From the sequence record SRR20825019_475: DNA of 42,559 nt; one strand, given 5' to 3'. Positions within the stretch are counted from its first letter, which is position 1. Each line of letters begins with the position of its first letter. Made by a program: the position numbers and the translations under genes. Below the pieces are notes generated by a model that was given only the letters and a program-made list of their open reading frames with translations, made no database searches and was not told the origin of the DNA. Of this stretch, positions 1 through 8,672 are shown piece by piece.

Positions 1-622
1 CCACCGGCGTCAGCGCATTGCCGCGCGCCAACCCGAGCTCCTGCAGCAGCGCCACGGATTCGGTATCCATATAGCGCTCGATGCCGGAGATTCCCTGGTT
101 GTCCACGTTGGTGGCCCCCAGGATGTGCGAGGCCTCCCGTATCCCGGGGTAGAACCGTTTGGATTCGGTGATGAAGTCGATGCCCGGAATGCCCAGCCGC
201 ATGACCTGCTGCTCAATGGCCGGCGTCAACTCCCGCTTCACCCAGACGAAACCCTGCTCGCCGGTCAGCCGGTTGCGCAGCCAGGTCTCATCGAGATCGG
301 GCAGCACAGTGCGCAATTTCCCCACCGCCTCCTCCACGTCGATGATGCGGCGCGGCTCGGCGTAGAGCGAGGGCACACGAATATCGACCGCCATCTCCAG
401 GCCGTTGCGGTCGAGGATCGGCGGTCTGGTGGCGGTGATGGCGTCACGCGTCTGGCCCTCGATGGTCTGGTCGGTCTCGACCATGCCCAACTGCACCAGC
501 CGCCCGCCGACCATGACGAAGCCGAGCACGACGCCCAGGATCATCCAGCGGATGCGCGACCGCGTGAGGTCGCCGCGCTGCTTGCGGGCGCCGTCGAGTG
601 CGATGGTCTCGGCCATTGCCAT
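1..622 (-). CDS. ftsI: Class B penicillin-binding protein, FtsI/PBP3-like (5' part only; runs off the left edge; absent from the ORF track)
   Basis: Manual translation from ATG 622 (GGAG upstream): MAMAETIALDGARKQRGDLTRSRIRWMILGVVLGFVMVGGRLVQLG...RPPILDRNGLEMA...SLYAEP...GFVWVKREL...ESKRFYP...SHILG...DNQGISGIE. This is an N-terminal TM followed by PBP-dimer domain motifs (RxxIxDRNG, RxYP, GxxGxE). There is no ftsL or mraW upstream, so it is probably an accessory paralog. Confidence 0.85.
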   Translation of the reverse strand, partial: MAMAETIALDGARKQRGDLTRSRIRWMILGVVLGFVMVGGRLVQLGMVETDQTIEGQTRDAITATRPPILDRNGLEMAVDIRVPSLYAEPRRIIDVEEAVGKLRTVLPDLDETWLRNRLTGEQGFVWVKRELTPAIEQQVMRLGIPGIDFITESKRFYPGIREASHILGATNVDNQGISGIERYMDTESVALLQELGLARGNALTPV

Positions 623-635
623 GGTCGTGGCTCCA

Positions 636-1883
636 TCAACTCTCGAACGTGACCTTGCCCGCCATGTCGAATTCGTAGACGTCGTCCCGGAAGCTGACGA
701 TGCCCTGCCTGTTGGCCCAGGCCGAGATATAAGTCGTATGGATCTCGACCGGATTGCGGACATCCACGTCGGTCCGAGCACCGTTGTTGAAGACATCCGC
801 TATTTCCGTGAGCCCCCAGTCGCCGTTGTCGCGCAGGACCCAGGCCACGAAATCCTGCACCTGGTCGACGCGGACGCAGCCGGAGGACAGGAAGCGGGCA
901 TTGTCGCCGAACAGGCCTTTGGTCGGCGTGTCGTGCAGGAACACGGAATGCGGGTTGTGGAAATTGATCCTGACATTGCCCATGGCGTTGAGCGGTCCTG
1001 GGTCCTGCCGGAAGCGGTAGTTGACCGCCTGCTCGGTCTGCCAGTCGATGTCGGTCGGCTGCAGTTCCCGCCCGTCGCCGTCGTAGATGCGGATGCCCTG
1101 CTCGGTGAGGTAGTTCGGGTTCTCGTTCATGTATTTGATGAGATCGTTGCGGATGATCGAAACCGGGACGTTCCAGAACGGATTGAAGTTGATCTGGTGG
1201 ATGCGGCTCTTGAGGATCGGCGTCTGCCGGTCGATGCGCCCCACCACGGCGGTGTGGCGGCGGGAGACCATGCCGCCCTCGACGATTTCGATGAAAGCGG
1301 CGGGGATGTTGACCACGACATAGCGGTCGGCGAGACGGGCCGCCATGTTCTGCACCCGCAGCAGATTGAGGCGCAACTGGTGCAGACGCGTTTCCGCGGG
1401 GACGTTGAGGGCGTACCAGGTCGCTTCGTCGACCTGCCCGCTCACCCGCAGGCCGTGCCGGGCCTGGAAACGGCGCAGCGCCGCATCGGTGGGCGCGTCG
1501 AAGACCTGGTCGATGTGGTCCACCATGGCCATGTCGGCAGAAGCGAGAAGACGACGCTTGAGCTGGATCACCCCGTCGCGGGAGACGCCCATGGTGACGC
1601 CGTAGGTCTCCTGCGGCACCTGTTCCCAGCCGCCGGCCAGCACGAATGGTTCGTATTGGACGATCGCCATCTGCAGGTTGTTGGCGGTCTCGTAGGAGAG
1701 GATGGGCTCCACCGTGTCTATGGCCTGCAGCGCCGCGGCGCTGTTGGCCTCGCGGTCCGCGTCCGTGAGGGAGCGGTCGCGGTTCATCATGCTCCAGAGC
1801 GATTGGGCGTAGGTCGGCGAGGCGAACGGCAAGGTCGCCGCCAGTCCCAGGGGAAAGAGTCGAATGAAGTCTCTGCGTTTCAT
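636..1883 (-). CDS. Tat-exported L,D-transpeptidase (YcbB/LdtD-like) with peptidoglycan-binding domain
   Basis: Start trimmed to MKRRDFIRL (twin-arginine signal). PG-binding segment ALRRFQARHGLRVSG; YkuD catalytic motif VFLHDTP...FLSSGCVR. Confidence 0.9.
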   Translation of the reverse strand: MKRRDFIRLFPLGLAATLPFASPTYAQSLWSMMNRDRSLTDADREANSAAALQAIDTVEPILSYETANNLQMAIVQYEPFVLAGGWEQVPQETYGVTMGVSRDGVIQLKRRLLASADMAMVDHIDQVFDAPTDAALRRFQARHGLRVSGQVDEATWYALNVPAETRLHQLRLNLLRVQNMAARLADRYVVVNIPAAFIEIVEGGMVSRRHTAVVGRIDRQTPILKSRIHQINFNPFWNVPVSIIRNDLIKYMNENPNYLTEQGIRIYDGDGRELQPTDIDWQTEQAVNYRFRQDPGPLNAMGNVRINFHNPHSVFLHDTPTKGLFGDNARFLSSGCVRVDQVQDFVAWVLRDNGDWGLTEIADVFNNGARTDVDVRNPVEIHTTYISAWANRQGIVSFRDDVYEFDMAGKVTFES

Positions 1884-2012
1884 GGTGCGGTCCAATGGAT
1901 TCCGGTCCGAATGGGCGACGAATGCGCGCTCGATGGCCGCAATCGTCGATTGCTCGCTCGTCCAGCCGCAAGGCCGCGGAGCCGCTCGGCTCCTTCGGTT
2001 CACGGCTGGCGC

Positions 2013-2354
2013 TCAGGCGGCGCGCGGAGGCCGGAAAGGCTTGGACGGAGGCTTCGGCAGGTCGGCGGCATCCCGAGGATTGCCATGGGCGACCCGGGCG
2101 GAACCGTCCCAGAGGATCTGTTGGAAGGCAGTCGTGGGCAGGAACGCGACCACGGAGCAGCACGGGGTGGAATGGATAGGTTCGGTGCCGGAGCCGATTT
2201 CGGGCGCTGACGTGTGCGCGACCGCGTTCGCGACGCCGGTTCCGGACTCGACCGCAACCGGCTGGTGCAATGCGATCACCAGCGCCAATATCGCGATGAG
2301 AGCGGGCAGCACCCTGCGGCCTAAATCCAACACATCTTCACCCAGCGGACGCAC
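2013..2354 (-). CDS. Small secreted protein with HSTPCC and Pro-rich C-terminus (PKPPSKPFRPPRAA); DUF2946/CutF-like leader ORF candidate
   Basis: Hydrophobic N-terminal stretch, low-complexity linker, Cys pair and a Pro-rich/RPP tail. It is the first gene of the ldt-ftsI unit. Start codon uncertain. Confidence 0.55.
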   Translation of the reverse strand: MRPLGEDVLDLGRRVLPALIAILALVIALHQPVAVESGTGVANAVAHTSAPEIGSGTEPIHSTPCCSVVAFLPTTAFQQILWDGSARVAHGNPRDAADLPKPPSKPFRPPRAA

Positions 2355-2598
2355 GAGGTCATATCAGCGGATCATCGTTATCGTACGGTTAAATCCGGCG
2401 ATATTGGGGAATGGACGTCGTTAATGACAATATCGCCCGAGCCGGAGCGCGGTGTTCCCCGAGATTGCGCCGGGCGCGCCGATGGCATGGCTAACAGTCC
2501 GTGAAGCAACCGACTAAAACTCGATTCAAAATTGCTTCGTAGTTTTTCGATCAGGGCAATTCGCGACGCCCATCGTGGTCTCCATCAGGGAGATCGTG

Positions 2599-3222
2599 AT
2601 GATGAAAGCTGCTGGCACCATTCTATCGGCACTTGTCGCGATAGTTTTGTCGTTGAGCGTTGCCGCACCGGCAGCCGCGAACGAAGGACACCCGGCCTTC
2701 GCCTCGATAGGCGACCGGACGTCGATTCCCTTCGGCCATGCCGAATTCTGCCAGCGCCGGCCTTCCGAATGCCAATCCACCGACATGGTCCGGAGCGTTG
2801 CGCTCGATGAAGCGCTCTGGCGCGACCTGCTGGAGGTCAACTACCACTACAATGTCGCCATCCAGCCTATCAGCGACCAGGATTTCTACGGCGTCGAGGA
2901 ATTCTGGACCTATCCCACCGACGGGTACGGCGACTGCGAGGACTATGCGCTGGCCAAGCGCGCTGCGCTGATAGAACGCAACTGGGCTCCGTCCACCTTG
3001 CTGTTGACCGTGGTGACTCAGCCCAACGGGGATGGTCATGCCGTGTTGATGGTTCGGACCGACAGGGGCGATTTCGTCCTCGACAACCAGGCGGCCGAGA
3101 TCAAGCTGTGGACCGATACGCCCTATACCTATCTGAAGCGTCAGAGCCAGGCCCATGCCGCCCAATGGGTCGACATCCTCGGCGGGCGGAATGGCACGAC
3201 GACGGTGACGGCGGGCTACTAG
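2599..3222 (+). CDS. Transglutaminase-like cysteine peptidase (BTLCP, peptidase C93 / LapG-like)
   Basis: GGGAG RBS, signal peptide, and C-H-D triad in GDCEDYALAK...GHAVL...VLDN. Start is 2599 or 2602. Confidence 0.9.
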   Translation: MMKAAGTILSALVAIVLSLSVAAPAAANEGHPAFASIGDRTSIPFGHAEFCQRRPSECQSTDMVRSVALDEALWRDLLEVNYHYNVAIQPISDQDFYGVEEFWTYPTDGYGDCEDYALAKRAALIERNWAPSTLLLTVVTQPNGDGHAVLMVRTDRGDFVLDNQAAEIKLWTDTPYTYLKRQSQAHAAQWVDILGGRNGTTTVTAGY

Positions 3223-3230
3223 GCTAGGGC

Positions 3231-3250
3231 GAGCGAAGCCTGTTTCGCTC
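3231..3250. terminator. Stem-loop after the BTLCP stop
   Basis: GAGCGAA-gcctgt-TTCGCTC, between convergent genes; no clear U tract. Confidence 0.3.
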
Positions 3251-3527
3251 CCGGGGTGCTGCCTTCGCTTCTCGCATCGAACCCTGTCGGCTTGCACGGT
3301 GATAACGGGGTGCTGTGGCAGCCTCGAACCAGCGACGAAACCTGTCCGCGGCTTCACGGTGCTTTGAAGTCGCCGTCGTTGCGGAACGACGAGACGGAGG
3401 TCAGCATGGGCCGTTCAATTCCGGCGGTGCGTCTTGCGTATTTTCGATGTGGTCCTGCTCGTGCTGGGGGCGATGACGGTCTTCATGCTCGCCTCGTGGA
3501 TGCCCATGCATCCGCCGCACCATTCGC

Positions 3528-4595
3528 TCAGCGGTGTCGAGCCAGGTATCTTCGCAGCAGGTGATCGACGATGACGGCGGCGTCCACGCTGACCCCCATC
3601 ACCAGCCCCGAGGCCCGGTTCCTCTGCCAGGGCAGCCCGACGAAATAGAGACCCTCTACGGGAGATATGCCGTCGTCGTGCCGCACGACGCCGTTCTCGT
3701 CCAACACGTCCCCGACGTCGATGAGGGACCAGTCCGCTCTATAGCCGATCGCCCACACGACGGCGGCGGGCCGCACCGAGGATCCGTCCGCGAAGCCAAC
3801 CATGCCGGCGGCGACGCCCGTGGCGCGCGGCTTGATCCGGATCCCCGCAGCAGCGAGATCGCTCAGCGCCCGCTCCCTATCGGGGAACGGATCGCTCCGC
3901 CGCATCGCCCTTCCGCGCAGGGATCGCGTCGGCGCCCGGACCAGTCCGGTGACGTCCAGCCACCACCAGAGGCTCTTTCCCAACAGGCGTTCGGGCAGGA
4001 GCCGTCTCGGTCGCCCGGTGGCGAGAACGACTTCGCGCTTGGGTCTCGCCAGCACGGCGATATCGCGCCCGCTGGCGCCGTCGCCGACGACCAGGAGCGG
4101 CCCCGGCGGCAGATGGCTGCCGTCGCCGAATTCCTCGGCAGGCATTGCCGCTACCTCGGACGGGAGCGCCGCGGTCCAGGAGGGGACGATCGGGTCACGG
4201 AACGCGCCGGTCGCCATGACGACCGCATCGGCGGCGATGGTGTCGAAACCGGAACCTGAGACGATAAATCGGCCCCGGCTATCCCGGGTGATCGAGGCGA
4301 CCGCGGCCCGGTGCTCTACGGGCAGGCGGAAGCGTGCGGCATAGGCTTCGAGATAGTCGGCGAACTCGTCCTTGTCGGGATATCCGGTCGGCTCCCCGGC
4401 CATTGCCATCCCGCCCAGGCCGCTATAGGCGCGCGGCGTGAACAGCGTCAGCCCCTCGTATCGCCGTCTCCAGGAATCGCCTGTGCGATCCCCGGCATCG
4501 AGTATAACGAAATCCAGGCCGGCATCGGCGAGCAACCGTCCTGTCGCAAGGCCCGCCTGGCCGGCGCCGATGACGACGACGTCGAGCCGCTTCAT
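3528..4595 (-). CDS. Flavin-dependent monooxygenase/oxidoreductase (CzcO/ArsO-like)
   Basis: GAGQAG FAD motif, GDSWRRRY, ATG motif, second dinucleotide motif GDGASG, C-terminal GLYFVG. Last gene of the P-type ATPase operon (ATGA overlap). Confidence 0.85.
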   Translation of the reverse strand: MKRLDVVVIGAGQAGLATGRLLADAGLDFVILDAGDRTGDSWRRRYEGLTLFTPRAYSGLGGMAMAGEPTGYPDKDEFADYLEAYAARFRLPVEHRAAVASITRDSRGRFIVSGSGFDTIAADAVVMATGAFRDPIVPSWTAALPSEVAAMPAEEFGDGSHLPPGPLLVVGDGASGRDIAVLARPKREVVLATGRPRRLLPERLLGKSLWWWLDVTGLVRAPTRSLRGRAMRRSDPFPDRERALSDLAAAGIRIKPRATGVAAGMVGFADGSSVRPAAVVWAIGYRADWSLIDVGDVLDENGVVRHDDGISPVEGLYFVGLPWQRNRASGLVMGVSVDAAVIVDHLLRRYLARHR

Positions 4596-5185
4596 TGGAT
4601 GAGGCGCCGCAGCTTTTGGAGGCGCGTCTCGAACGGTTCCTCGCCATCCAGCGTGCCGAAGAAGGCGCCTTCGGCATCGGCGAGATGGACGCTGGCGCTG
4701 TGCTCCATCGTGTAGTCACCGCCTTCGATCGGAACCTTCTCGAAAAAGATATAGCGGGCCTTGGCCATGCTCGATACGTCCTCGACGGTCCCGGTCAGGC
4801 CGACGATGCGGTCGTCGAAATAGTCGACGTAGTCCTTCATCGTCGCCACGTCGTCGCGTTCGGGATCGACGCTCACGAAGACGACCTGCAATCGGTCGGC
4901 GTCCGGTCCGAGCGCTTCCAGCAGCGCCGACATTTCCGACAATGTGGTCGGGCAGACGTCGGGACATTGCGTGAAACCGTAGAACCAGGCCGATGGCTTG
5001 CCGAGGAAGTCGGCTTCCGTAACCTTCTCGCCGTCCTGGTCCACCAGCGTGAACGGCGTCGCATAGACGGTCTGGCCGGCGTCCGTCGATGCAGTGCGCG
5101 GGACGAAATACAAATAGGCCAACCCGGCTCCCGCCACCACGGCGAGAGACCACAGGACAATACGAAGGAGGCGCAGGGATCTCAC
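4592..5185 (-). CDS. SCO1/SenC family copper chaperone
   Basis: N-terminal TM, GFTQCPDVCP (CxxxC), SVDPERD, and the His ligand in YTMEHSA. Confidence 0.93.
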   Translation of the reverse strand: MRSLRLLRIVLWSLAVVAGAGLAYLYFVPRTASTDAGQTVYATPFTLVDQDGEKVTEADFLGKPSAWFYGFTQCPDVCPTTLSEMSALLEALGPDADRLQVVFVSVDPERDDVATMKDYVDYFDDRIVGLTGTVEDVSSMAKARYIFFEKVPIEGGDYTMEHSASVHLADAEGAFFGTLDGEEPFETRLQKLRRLIQ

Positions 5186-5661
5186 TGGGCGTGTTCCCCG
5201 TGGCCGGGCGCTCGGGTGGTCGAGCGCTCTTCTATCCTGAAGGTGACCTCGACCCGCCCCGCCTTCTCGAAGACGAGAGTGGCCGGCAGCTCGTCGCCGA
5301 CGACATAGCGCTTGTCGGGGCCGATGAACATGGCGTGCGTGCCGTCCGAGCCGAGCCAGACCATCTCGCCGGCGGGCAGTTCGATGCCATCGGTCAGAGG
5401 CTGCATGCGGGCGATGCCGTCGGTCACCACCGACCGATGCAGTTCGACCTTCTCGGCGGCGGTGCTCTCGATCCCGATCAGTCGATCGTCCTCGTCGCCT
5501 TGATTGTACAGCGACACGTAGCCGCCGAGCACGCGTGCGCTCGGTGGCGCCTCCTCGATCATCGGGTGATCGATGTAGATCGCCCCGGCATCGAAATCAT
5601 GGGCAATGGCCCCGGGAGTGATGGCCAACGCCGCGATGGCGATCAGGAGAAGTCTTTTCAT
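5182..5661 (-). CDS. Periplasmic copper chaperone PCu(A)C
   Basis: Start trimmed to the MKRLLLIAIAA signal peptide. Exact H-x10-M-x22-H-x-M motif (ELH...ARM...GTHAM). Confidence 0.92.
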   Translation of the reverse strand: MKRLLLIAIAALAITPGAIAHDFDAGAIYIDHPMIEEAPPSARVLGGYVSLYNQGDEDDRLIGIESTAAEKVELHRSVVTDGIARMQPLTDGIELPAGEMVWLGSDGTHAMFIGPDKRYVVGDELPATLVFEKAGRVEVTFRIEERSTTRAPGHGEHAQ

Positions 5662-5825
5662 TGCGATACCTGTTCGGTGGCCGGCGGCGTGGCGACTTGC
5701 GCGTCGTGGCCGCCCGTAAGTCGAAAGAGGATGCCCGGCAGGAACGCATAGGCAACCAGCGCGAGCATCAGGAGCCATAGCGTCCATTGGAAGATGCGGA
5801 GAACCAATGGCGGCTTAGTCTGCAT
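5658..5825 (-). CDS. 55-aa single-pass membrane protein (below the ORF-track length cut-off)
   Basis: MQTKPPLVLRIFQWTLWLLMLALVAYAFLPGILFRLTGGHDAQVATPPATEQVSQ*. Its stop overlaps the PCuAC start (ATGA) and it fills the operon gap. Confidence 0.65.
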   Translation of the reverse strand: MQTKPPLVLRIFQWTLWLLMLALVAYAFLPGILFRLTGGHDAQVATPPATEQVSQ

Positions 5826-5858
5826 GGTGCCCGCCGGATTTGAATGCGTCGCGAAGTC

Positions 5859-6323
5859 TCATGAGGTTTCTGTTTCCCGGGGCTTGAGATTGGCGCCCGC
5901 GCGACCGAGCGCATCGCCCAGGGCGAGCAGCACCGCTCCGGCGATCCAGACATGGGCGAGGTTGAGGCGAACAATGGGCGCGGAGACGGGCCCGATCGAT
6001 ACCAGCGTCGTCATCGTTCCGTTGAAGACGATCTCCAGCAGATTGGCGGCCCCGCCCGCCAGCAGCGCCGCGCCGGCCAGATGCTCGACGATGCGGTGGC
6101 TGCTGCGGAGCCGGATCAGAACCACGAGGGCAATGATCGTCACGGAGAGTGTCGGCCAGACCGGCAGCGCGGCGTTCGGGCGAACCAGATAGTCGATCGC
6201 GATCCCGGGCAGAAGAGCGTGGAAGCTGTCCATCGCCCCCACCAGCTCCGCGGCCAGGGTTCTCGAGGCCAAGTCGAGGGCCATGAGCCAGACGAACACG
6301 AAATACGGCACTATTCCCTTCAT
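5859..6323 (-). CDS. Signal peptidase II (LspA)-like membrane protein with degenerate catalytic motifs
   Basis: LspA-like topology and motif spacing: DLASR (cf. DQxSK), GGAANLLE (cf. GGAxGNLxDR), GTMTTL (cf. GxVxDF), LNLAH (cf. FNxAD). Coupled to the ATPase stop. Confidence 0.7.
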   Translation of the reverse strand: MKGIVPYFVFVWLMALDLASRTLAAELVGAMDSFHALLPGIAIDYLVRPNAALPVWPTLSVTIIALVVLIRLRSSHRIVEHLAGAALLAGGAANLLEIVFNGTMTTLVSIGPVSAPIVRLNLAHVWIAGAVLLALGDALGRAGANLKPRETETS

Positions 6324-8605
6324 GCACGGGGTCCGATCCCCTTCCAGGCCAGCAATCGCATGGCGTTGGCGGTGACGAGGACGGTGGCGCCGGTATCGGC
6401 GAGGATGGCGGGCCAGAGCCCGGTGATGCCGATGACCGTCGTCACCAGGAACACCGCCTTGAGGCCGAGCGCGATGGTGATGTTCTGGCCGATATTGGCC
6501 ATGGTGGACCGCGACAGGACCATCATGTTGGCGATATCGGTCACCCTGCCGTGCAGCACGGCGGCGTCGGCGGTTTCGAGCGCCACGTCGGTGCCGCCGC
6601 CCATGGCGATGCCGATATCCGCCGCGGCCAGCGCGGGCGCGTCATTGATGCCGTCCCCGACCTTGGCGACGATCCGACCCTGTGCCTTGAGCTCGCCGAC
6701 AATCCGCTGCTTGTCCTGCGGCAGCAGCTCGGCGCGCGGTTCGATGCCGAGCCCGGCACCGATGGCTGCGGCTGTTCGCTTGTTGTCTCCGGTCAGCATC
6801 ACAATCCCGGCGCCGAGGCGCTTGATTTCCGCAAGACCGGAGCGGGCGTCGTCGCGCGGTTCGTCGCGCATGGCGATGATGCCGGCGGTCGTGTTGTCGA
6901 CGAGCAGCACCGAGGCGGTCTTGCCCTCGTCGTTGAGCTTTTCGATCCGGGCCATCAGATCGCCGGCGACGCCGGCCATTTGGGTCGCGGCCTTGGGCGA
7001 GCCGAGGAACAACTCCTTGCCATCCACGGTACCGACCACGCCCTTGCCGCCGACCGCACCGGCCTTGTCGGCCCGGGCCGGATCGATCCCGTCCGCCTTG
7101 GCGCGGGCCAGGATCGCCGTGGCGAGCGGATGGCTCGATCCGACCTCGAGCGCCGCCGACAGCGCGAGAATCTCTCGCTCCGACCTGCCGACGCCGATGA
7201 TGTCCGTGACTTTGGGCCTGCCTTCGGTCAGCGTGCCGGTCTTGTCGAGCGCCACCATGTCGATCTTGCCCAATTGCTCGAGTACCGCGCCGCCCTTCAT
7301 GAGAAGGCCGCGACGGGCACCCGCGGAAAGCGCGGCGGCGATGGCGGCGGGCGTCGAGATGACCAGGGCGCACGGGCAGCCGATCAGAAGCACGGCAAGA
7401 CCCTTGTAGACCCATTCGCTCCAGGGCTCGCCCAGGAACAGGGGTGGCAGCACGGCGATGAGCGCAGCCACGACCATGACGCCGGGCGTGTAGTATTTGG
7501 AGAAGCGGTCGATGAAGCGTTCGGTGGGCGCCTTGGATTCCTGCGCCTCCTCCACCAGGGCGATGATGCGCGAGATCGTGTTGTCCGCCGCCGCCGCGGT
7601 GACCCGGATGCGCAATGCGCCTTCCTGGTTGATGGTGCCGGCGAAGACCTGATCCTCGGCCTGCTTGCGCTTGGGCACGGATTCGCCGGTGACCGGCGCT
7701 TCGTCCACGGCACTGTCGCCGGAGACGACGACGCCATCGGCAGGGACGCGGTCGCCCGGTCGCACCAGAACCACGTCTCCCACGGCGAGCTGGTCTGCGG
7801 GGACTTCCACGACCTTGTCGCCCGCTTCCCGCAACGCGATGCGCGGAACCAGGTTGGCCAACGCCTTGATGCTGGCCCGCGCCCGCCCGGTTGCGACGCC
7901 TTCCAGCAGTTCGCCGACGAGGAAGAGCAGCACGACGATCGCCGCTTCTTCCGCCGCGTTGATGAAGACGGCACCGATGGCAGCGACGGTCATCAGCGTT
8001 TCGATGGAGAACGGGCTACCGTTGATCGCGCCCATCCAGGCGCGCCGGGCGATGGGGATCAGCCCGACGAACATGGCAACGATGAAGGCCCACTGCGCGA
8101 TAGCGGGGATGAGCTGGCCGGCGATGAAGGCCAGAGCCACGGCGACGCCGCACAGGATCGTCAGCTTGGCCTTGGTGGACTGCCACCAGGGTCCGTCCTC
8201 GAAGCCGTGGTCGTGGCCGTGCATGCCTGACAGCGCGTCGGCCCGCTTCGGCTTTTCCGACGGGCCGTGATCGTGGTCGGCATGGTCGTGTCCCGAGTGA
8301 TCATGCTCCGCATGGTCATGACCGGAATGGTCGTGGCCGGCATGATCATGAGCCTCCTCGCTCTTGTCGGCTCCCGCGCTGCGCGCCGGCAATGGCGCCG
8401 TCTTGTAGCCGAGGCTCGACACCTTCTGGGCGATGGCGCCCAGGTCGGCATCCGTGTGCTTGACGGTCATGGAGGCGCCCACGACGGAGACCGAGACGTC
8501 TTCCACGCCGGGCAGGCGTCGCACGGCGGTATCCACCTTGGAGGCGCAGCTCGCGCAATCCATGCCCTCGACACGGAAGCGTGACGTTTCAATCCTTGCC
8601 GACAT
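6320..8605 (-). CDS. zntA: Heavy-metal-translocating P1B-type ATPase (Zn/Cd/Pb, ZntA/CadA type)
   Basis: AGGAG RBS before ATG 8605. GMDCASC metal-binding domain, His-rich linker, TGES, CPC, DKTGT, HP, GDGINDAP; Lys in LGLK and Asp in ADTG are typical of P1B-2. Confidence 0.95.
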   Translation of the reverse strand: MSARIETSRFRVEGMDCASCASKVDTAVRRLPGVEDVSVSVVGASMTVKHTDADLGAIAQKVSSLGYKTAPLPARSAGADKSEEAHDHAGHDHSGHDHAEHDHSGHDHADHDHGPSEKPKRADALSGMHGHDHGFEDGPWWQSTKAKLTILCGVAVALAFIAGQLIPAIAQWAFIVAMFVGLIPIARRAWMGAINGSPFSIETLMTVAAIGAVFINAAEEAAIVVLLFLVGELLEGVATGRARASIKALANLVPRIALREAGDKVVEVPADQLAVGDVVLVRPGDRVPADGVVVSGDSAVDEAPVTGESVPKRKQAEDQVFAGTINQEGALRIRVTAAAADNTISRIIALVEEAQESKAPTERFIDRFSKYYTPGVMVVAALIAVLPPLFLGEPWSEWVYKGLAVLLIGCPCALVISTPAAIAAALSAGARRGLLMKGGAVLEQLGKIDMVALDKTGTLTEGRPKVTDIIGVGRSEREILALSAALEVGSSHPLATAILARAKADGIDPARADKAGAVGGKGVVGTVDGKELFLGSPKAATQMAGVAGDLMARIEKLNDEGKTASVLLVDNTTAGIIAMRDEPRDDARSGLAEIKRLGAGIVMLTGDNKRTAAAIGAGLGIEPRAELLPQDKQRIVGELKAQGRIVAKVGDGINDAPALAAADIGIAMGGGTDVALETADAAVLHGRVTDIANMMVLSRSTMANIGQNITIALGLKAVFLVTTVIGITGLWPAILADTGATVLVTANAMRLLAWKGIGPRA
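8267..8350 (-). repeat. Coding 15-bp tandem repeat giving (HDHxx)5-HDH in the ATPase N-terminal linker
   Basis: HDHAG HDHSG HDHAE HDHSG HDHAD HDH. Confidence 0.85.
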
Positions 8606-8634
8606 CGCAGTCGCTCCTTGCAATTCTGCGAGCA

Positions 8635-8665
8635 GGCCTACATGCTCTAGCTACTATAGGAGCAA
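8635..8665 (-). promoter_or_regulatory. MerR-type (CadR/PbrR/ZntR) promoter-operator for the ATPase operon
   Basis: Minus strand: TTGCTC, 19-bp spacer CTATAGTAGCTAGAGCATG, then TAGGCC. Contains the dyad CTATAG-N3-CTAGAG and is divergent to the merR-family gene. Confidence 0.85.
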
Positions 8666-8672
8666 GCGGAAA

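Noticed and set aside
405-2210. Long ORFs opposite or overlapping real genes (for example 405-2210 +, 541-2163 -, 6551-8230 +, 13306-14970 +, 30598-32052 -)
   Set aside because: Shadow ORFs typical of high-GC DNA. They show no motifs and overlap well-supported genes.
3406-3574. Small + strand ORFs (MGRSIPAV... after GGAGG; TTG-start MRIFDVVLLVLGAMTVFML...)
   Set aside because: The RBS and the hydrophobic segment lie in different frames, and both frames overlap the FMO 3' end. Possibly a frameshifted relic, but I cannot support it.
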